A program made the position numbers and the translations under genes. A stretch of 64,000 nt of DNA from Rhodosorus marinus CCMP1338 (lineage: Eukaryota; Plantae; Rhodophyta): assembly GCA_029953675.1 (NCBI GenBank), contig JAMWBK010000010.1:1116001-1180000 (forward strand), read 5' to 3'. Under the pieces are notes generated by a model. It did no database searches. It saw only the letters and a list, made by a program, of their open reading frames with translations, and had not been told where the DNA came from. How positions within the stretch are numbered: the first letter of the stretch is position 1; the number at the start of each line of letters is the position of its first letter. Positions 58,773 to 64,000 of the stretch are shown here, one piece after another.

Positions 58773-61700
58773 TGCTTCAAAAACATAAGACCAAAATAAT
58801 ATAAGCCCAGTCCACCTCCACCACTTCCTAATTCCTACAAAAGTCAGTAACAAAACCGGCCCACCAAAAATCGAACTCTACATCACCTTCTGACAGCTAT
58901 GTTTGGCGGTCTCATCGCAAACTCCCTGTATACCAACCACCCTCCACCCTCCACCAAAGAAAACTTCACATCGAGACCTAAGCACTCCAATTCCTTTCTC
59001 AAGACCTCTGTCAAAAGACAGAAATTCACCCTCTACTCCACCTAAAAGGCGTTCTCTGATCAAGAGACCCAGACTTTCCGTCCTCATCCGCTCCGCCAAC
59101 TTTTTGACATTTCTCGACGCACCACATGAGCACGTACACATCCCAAAGATGACGTTTAAACATGTATTTTGCGTACTAAGACAAATGCTCTTCAATTTAA
59201 TTCATATTATGCATATAATATAAATTTATTGTAAGTGTACGAAACTGTACTATTTTATAGTATCCGTTAATAGTCACCGGTTCAGTATGGTACGATGACT
59301 GTTAAAAAAATATTAGTTTTATAGTACATAAATATATCGTTTAAAATTTATTTATAGCAATATATTACTACGTACTATCCGGCTGAGAAGTACTCTATAC
59401 TTTAATAGTCACCTTGCAGTTTTTATTCACATTGCCAATGCCATTGGTCGTTTTTCAATCGGATGGCAAATCGGTAGTAGTAGGGGTTTTCTTTTAAAAA
59501 ATTGTGGGGTCGGCTTCTCATTTGATGGAAGCTCACTCTGCGTTGAATTTTTGGTGGGGGTGAGGAGGGGGAGGTGCTTCGGCGAAGATCTGGCGCCTCT
59601 AGGCTTTGCGTTGATTATGAGCGACCGCCCTGGTGCTCTTTCCCGACTGTACGTTTCTTTGAGCGGCCTGACTCTCTGTGGCAGTACTGATGCCTTAATT
59701 TTGGAGGCGCGGTCTCTACGCCCTTCCTGCAGTACCTCGTTTGGGGACCATGGCCTTTTGATTAAACCGATCTGATTGTGAGATTTGGTGACGATTCCAC
59801 TGCGAATCGCATTTCAACTAAAGGGTCGTAGTGGATCTGTGCTATCTAAGCCTTCCAAGGTCTGATGTGACTGTGCTTCAGGTATAGATGCGAAAACCGG
59901 CTTCAGCAACAGACCAAACACAGGTTTATGATTACTCCATGACGTCGTGAGTTGACTATAATGGTTACCAAGCCCAAACATGTGGTCAACCCGTCTTGCT
60001 CTAAGTTTGTGCCTGAACACTGCACACTTCGTAAGTTTGGCGTGCGACCTCTACCAAGCTTTTTGAGGAATGGGGATGTACGAGAGCATGATGTGGATAC
60101 TTTGAGACTGCCATCACAGAGCAACTGGTAAGCTCCTAGGTCGGATCCCGCGCTTCTGGACCTTAGCAACTCATGGACGCGGGATAAGCTCTCCGTGAAC
60201 GAGTGTTCGTCTCGAGCTCGGGGGGCGCATTCTCTTTGACATGCGCTATTCAAAGGGAACGAAATATTCCCCTTGTCGGCCTGAGTCTGGATTGATTTCG
60301 AGCACTCGAACCCGCGTGAAAGGCCGTATAGGTCTCCACCTGCCGCAGATTGAAGCTTGGTCTGTACAAAACCCGACAAAAGAAAAAGACCTCTTCTGAC
60401 GGGACGGTTTCACACAGTTGTCGCAGTCAAGCCACGGGAGCGAGAGCGGAGGGAGGCAAGGGCGAAAGGAAAGCACTGTCTTTCTGTGACGTTTCTATGA
60501 TTCCATGTGCAGTGTGAAATGTGAAAACTTTCTACCCCCCCTCCGCCTGTAAAACGAGGTGTCTGAAGGACAACAGAAGTGAACCACCTGACAGTTCATA
60601 TTCGTGTCAATCTGGATGCACGGACCATAAGGATCGCCTGCAAGCTTGATTGGAGCTGAGTGGCTGATTGATCAACAAACGTACGTATTTAGAACCTTCT
60701 AAGGGTCGCCCTCAATCTTGGAAACAATCTCATCAAACGTCACCATGGAAACTTTTGGAAAACGAGATATTTTGGAACAGAAACACCTAGAATAGACGAT
60801 AAATACTAAATCTATGATAGACATACCTAGAGTTTGGCATAGTACTGACTACCCGAACCGCAGAGTGTCAGAGATTCTTTGGGAATCCAAAAAAGTAACT
60901 AGTTGTTTTGGTAATAAAAATGAATCTTCCAGGGTTTCAGCCTTTTGAGCCCGTCCCGGGCAAGGTCAGTGGGAAACGAAAATGGGCCAATTAGCCATCA
61001 TGATCTAGCCGTACAAGAGTCACCCTCTGGGGTTACACTGAGAGCGCATGACCTAGATGTATTCATTTTATCCCTTTTCATTATGCAAGAAGTTGCTCTA
61101 AGACAATTTCAATATGTGCTGAACAGGAGCCTGCTCAGAGTTTATTGGAACACTCAATTCGTGCCGAACCAGACTTGTATGCTTGATTTGCGCTGAATAA
61201 ACGCAGATTACTGTAATGAGCGATGTTAATTCGACAACGTGGATCAGAATCAGGTATTCAGTGAGTAAAGTATCTCCTACTTTCCGAAATATTTAGAATA
61301 ATACACCGTTGAACGACGAGATGCTTAGACCCATTTCAAATCTTTTACTAAAGTAATTTTATCGGTTTCTAGACGAACCACATCCTCCGTGGAACATTCT
61401 GTACTTTTTACGTTCATAATTAATAAAAATGATTTAAACTATCCAATCGTAGAATGCTTCAGTTGTTCTTTCATCCAATCCAATGATTCTACGTCCAAAT
61501 CCACGAGAAAGCGATGTTCTCATTCGCAATGATAGACACCTGTCTACAGCATGTTGGGGTGCAATTCTGAATCCTTCTTTCTGGGCGTGCGGGTGAACCC
61601 AAAATATCCTAAAAAAAATTTAGAATCCGCGCAATTTTACTTTGCATCAAGAGAATGACATAAGCCCTCCCCCCACCCTTTCTCCTTCAAGTATTCGACA

Positions 61701-62485
61701 GGGAAAATTCTTTCTTGCCGGTGGTGACTTTCGTTTTGGGTGACAGTTTCGCAACCCCTCCTTCGATTCTAGCGGAAAGCCTACGAGACGTGGGGAAAAT
61801 ATGTTTTTGTAAAACTTTTCGACTCGAACTACTATATTTCTTTTACCTTACTCTTAACTCTGGATTTTCCAGAGTTTCCAAACAACGAATAGCAGAGTGA
61901 CCTCGTCCACGCCTCGACCAGTGAGTGGCTGAGTTACAATTCATATTATTGCTTAAATTTACGAACTCCTGATAGGAAAATCGGAAGAATTTTTACCGAA
62001 AAAATACACCAACCGCTTTCACTCGGGTTAACAGAACCGGCTGGTGCAAAACAATAAACGGAAACTGTTAGGGTAGGGGTTGCTGTAGGTAGTAAGATTT
62101 TTGTTTGTCAATATTTTAAAGAAAATGTATATATTCTTTCGCAGCGGTCGATTTGGGCAAAGCGAGGGGGGGTAGAGGAACGGGGATTTGCGCGCCTCGT
62201 TTGTTTCTGAATGGTATGGAGAGCTTTTCTTCCAGGACGGAAAAAGGGTTTTTGTGGTTCTTGCGGTTGGATTTTTGGATTCCTACGCTTTGCGGGCGTG
62301 CGACAGGGAAACGGAATGGATCCACTTACGAGTATGTATATAAATCCTGGACTTGGTCGTGCACGTGCGGGCTGAGGTAGAAACGGTATGACTGTGCAAG
62401 AAATGTGGATGACAGAGAACGTGAATGATAGTCTATGTAGTTGAGGGAGAAAGGCCTTTGTTGGTCATCGCACTTGTTGGTCAAG

Positions 62486-62839
62486 ATGGGGTCGGTTTGC
62501 GATAACTGCGGAAGAGGAGTTCAGGAAGAGCTTTCTCTCGGTGTTGAACTTGGCCGGAGGTTTTGTAGCATGGAGTGCTATTGGAGTGAAGTACTTGATG
62601 AGGACAAGAGCCGATTGAATAGGGGGGATTCGAGGAGTTTGTCTTTGGGTAGTCGGACGTCTGAATCTTCTACTGATGGAAGGAAGGGTGCGGGGAATCG
62701 CAGGACAAATGGACCATCCGTATATGCGAAGAAGACGAAAAGCGTTGATGAGATGGATACGAATGCAATGTACTTGTACCATGTTGAAAATGATTTGTCC
62801 TCGACTTTCCGTATGCGAAGAGGACTCATTTTATTATAG
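62486..62839 (+). CDS. Small FCS-type zinc-finger protein, 117 aa, single exon
   Basis: CDNC-X17-FCSMEC at the N-terminus, followed by a low-complexity Ser/Arg tail. Confidence 0.65.
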   Translation: MGSVCDNCGRGVQEELSLGVELGRRFCSMECYWSEVLDEDKSRLNRGDSRSLSLGSRTSESSTDGRKGAGNRRTNGPSVYAKKTKSVDEMDTNAMYLYHVENDLSSTFRMRRGLILL

Positions 62840-64000
62840 TTTACAACTCGCAACTGCTAACATATGCATGTAATATATAGTTGACCACCCTAGCGTTAAA
62901 TTATATTCAACTCTCAGAGTGTTAATTTACAAAGCTCGCAACGAGAAAGTCTGTCATTGAGACCCTTTGAGAACATGTTCATGACATTCTGCGGGGTTTG
63001 TAGTGATCGTCTGCAGCGGACGCTTGACAGACTCCCGTACCCGACTATGAGTTGTCGGTGGATTCGGGGAGGGCAAAAGCAGAACAAGGAGGTTCAGAGC
63101 TAACAAGTCAGGCAGCTACCGACCACGAGGACTCGGATTCCTTCATGTGCAAGTGTGCGAGGTCTGTTCTCGAGGTGTTTTCTACATGCAGAACTTCGCA
63201 TCCAAGGGCACAGAAAAGCCGCGCTTGTGGCTTCAGTCCTCAAGCGTTTCTCAGTGCGATTGCAAAAACAGCGGCTCCATGTCAGTATTCTCAACTCAAT
63301 ACGACTATGCTGCTTGAGAGCTAAATATTCTTGTCCAATTTTTACATCAACCCCGTTCGCCCTAGTTAATCAACCCATATCCTAAACGACGTGACCGCCA
63401 AGCAATCAGGACAGACCCCCAAAACCCACATCCGCCGCTGTAGTCGGCATTGTGAAAATACCCCAATTATTTTGGAAAACAACCTATCGGATTTCCATCA
63501 CATAAGCACACGATATCAAGATAACGAAAAAATTTCATATTGATTGAATATAATCAAGAAAGAACGTTGTGTTTTTATATTATGGAGCAGAGCCCCCTAT
63601 TGGAGTTCTAGCTCGTATGAGGGATACAACCTACCAATTAAGTATTGGAACGATGTAGTCTTAAGAGCTAGTAACCAATAGATGCTGAGAATTCTTTCCA
63701 AGGCGGCCTAATACTAGCAGTGCCACTGGGTATTGGGACAGCTGTGTTGGCTATTGGGTTTTACCGTGAAACTAACAAGCCCGGATGGGGGGCTATTGGG
63801 TGTCATTAGTGCATTGGGACTGTGGGCCTGTGGTCGCGGTGGTTAATATTTTTTTTTTCTTGGGTTTTCAGCTCCCGAAGTATTCGGCCGATCTGGAAAG
63901 ACCTCGACCTGATCAAGACGGTTCTATTTGCTGGGGAACGCATTCCCGAGCTAAAGTACGACATCTGCAGGTTCATGGCGGAGGCAAAGCAGAGTACGAA

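Noticed and set aside
59247-59330. Imperfect AT-rich inverted repeat (GTACTAT...TTAATAGTCA / TGACTGTTAA...ATAGTAC)
   Set aside because: The arms are short and mismatched in very AT-rich DNA, and no TSD or second copy was seen, so it cannot be called a MITE.
63725-63825. Recurring TATTGGG/CATTGGG motifs resembling telomeric repeats
   Set aside because: The spacing is irregular and there is no tandem array.

Overview
Gene-dense eukaryotic nuclear DNA with short GT-AG introns (about 65-180 nt). It most likely comes from a unicellular red alga. This is an inference from plastid-targeted genes with simple transit peptides and no signal peptide, a PMCA with C-terminal calmodulin-type tails, and the compact architecture. 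About 21 protein genes can be assigned: a HAD-like protein, a bZIP, CHCHD2/Mix17, mitoribosomal uS17 and bL19, a START/PCTP protein, PGK, FANCD2, a tandem CaMK-type kinase, an uncharacterised NRSPV protein, ClpB/Hsp100, ABCG, a RETICULATA-related protein, a pKIWI502-like FNR oxidoreductase, TRM7, a PMCA Ca2+-ATPase, an N-terminal-only NDUFS1, VMA22, a SEUSS/LDB-like protein, TAM41 and an FCS zinc finger. No CRISPR, rRNA or convincing tRNA was found. Most notable: (1) a CaMK-type pseudokinase-kinase tandem made by whole-gene internal duplication, with six intron positions shared between the halves; (2) a nuclear NDUFS1 encoding only the Fe-S module; (3) an intronless ClpB lacking the N-domain, with a seven-unit heat-shock element upstream; (4) an FLZ-spaced zinc finger; (5) two perfect intergenic hairpins, a decayed RLE-type retroelement fragment, a split dispersed repeat and a 238-bp tandem duplication. 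All family assignments are from motif recognition by eye; no searches were run.
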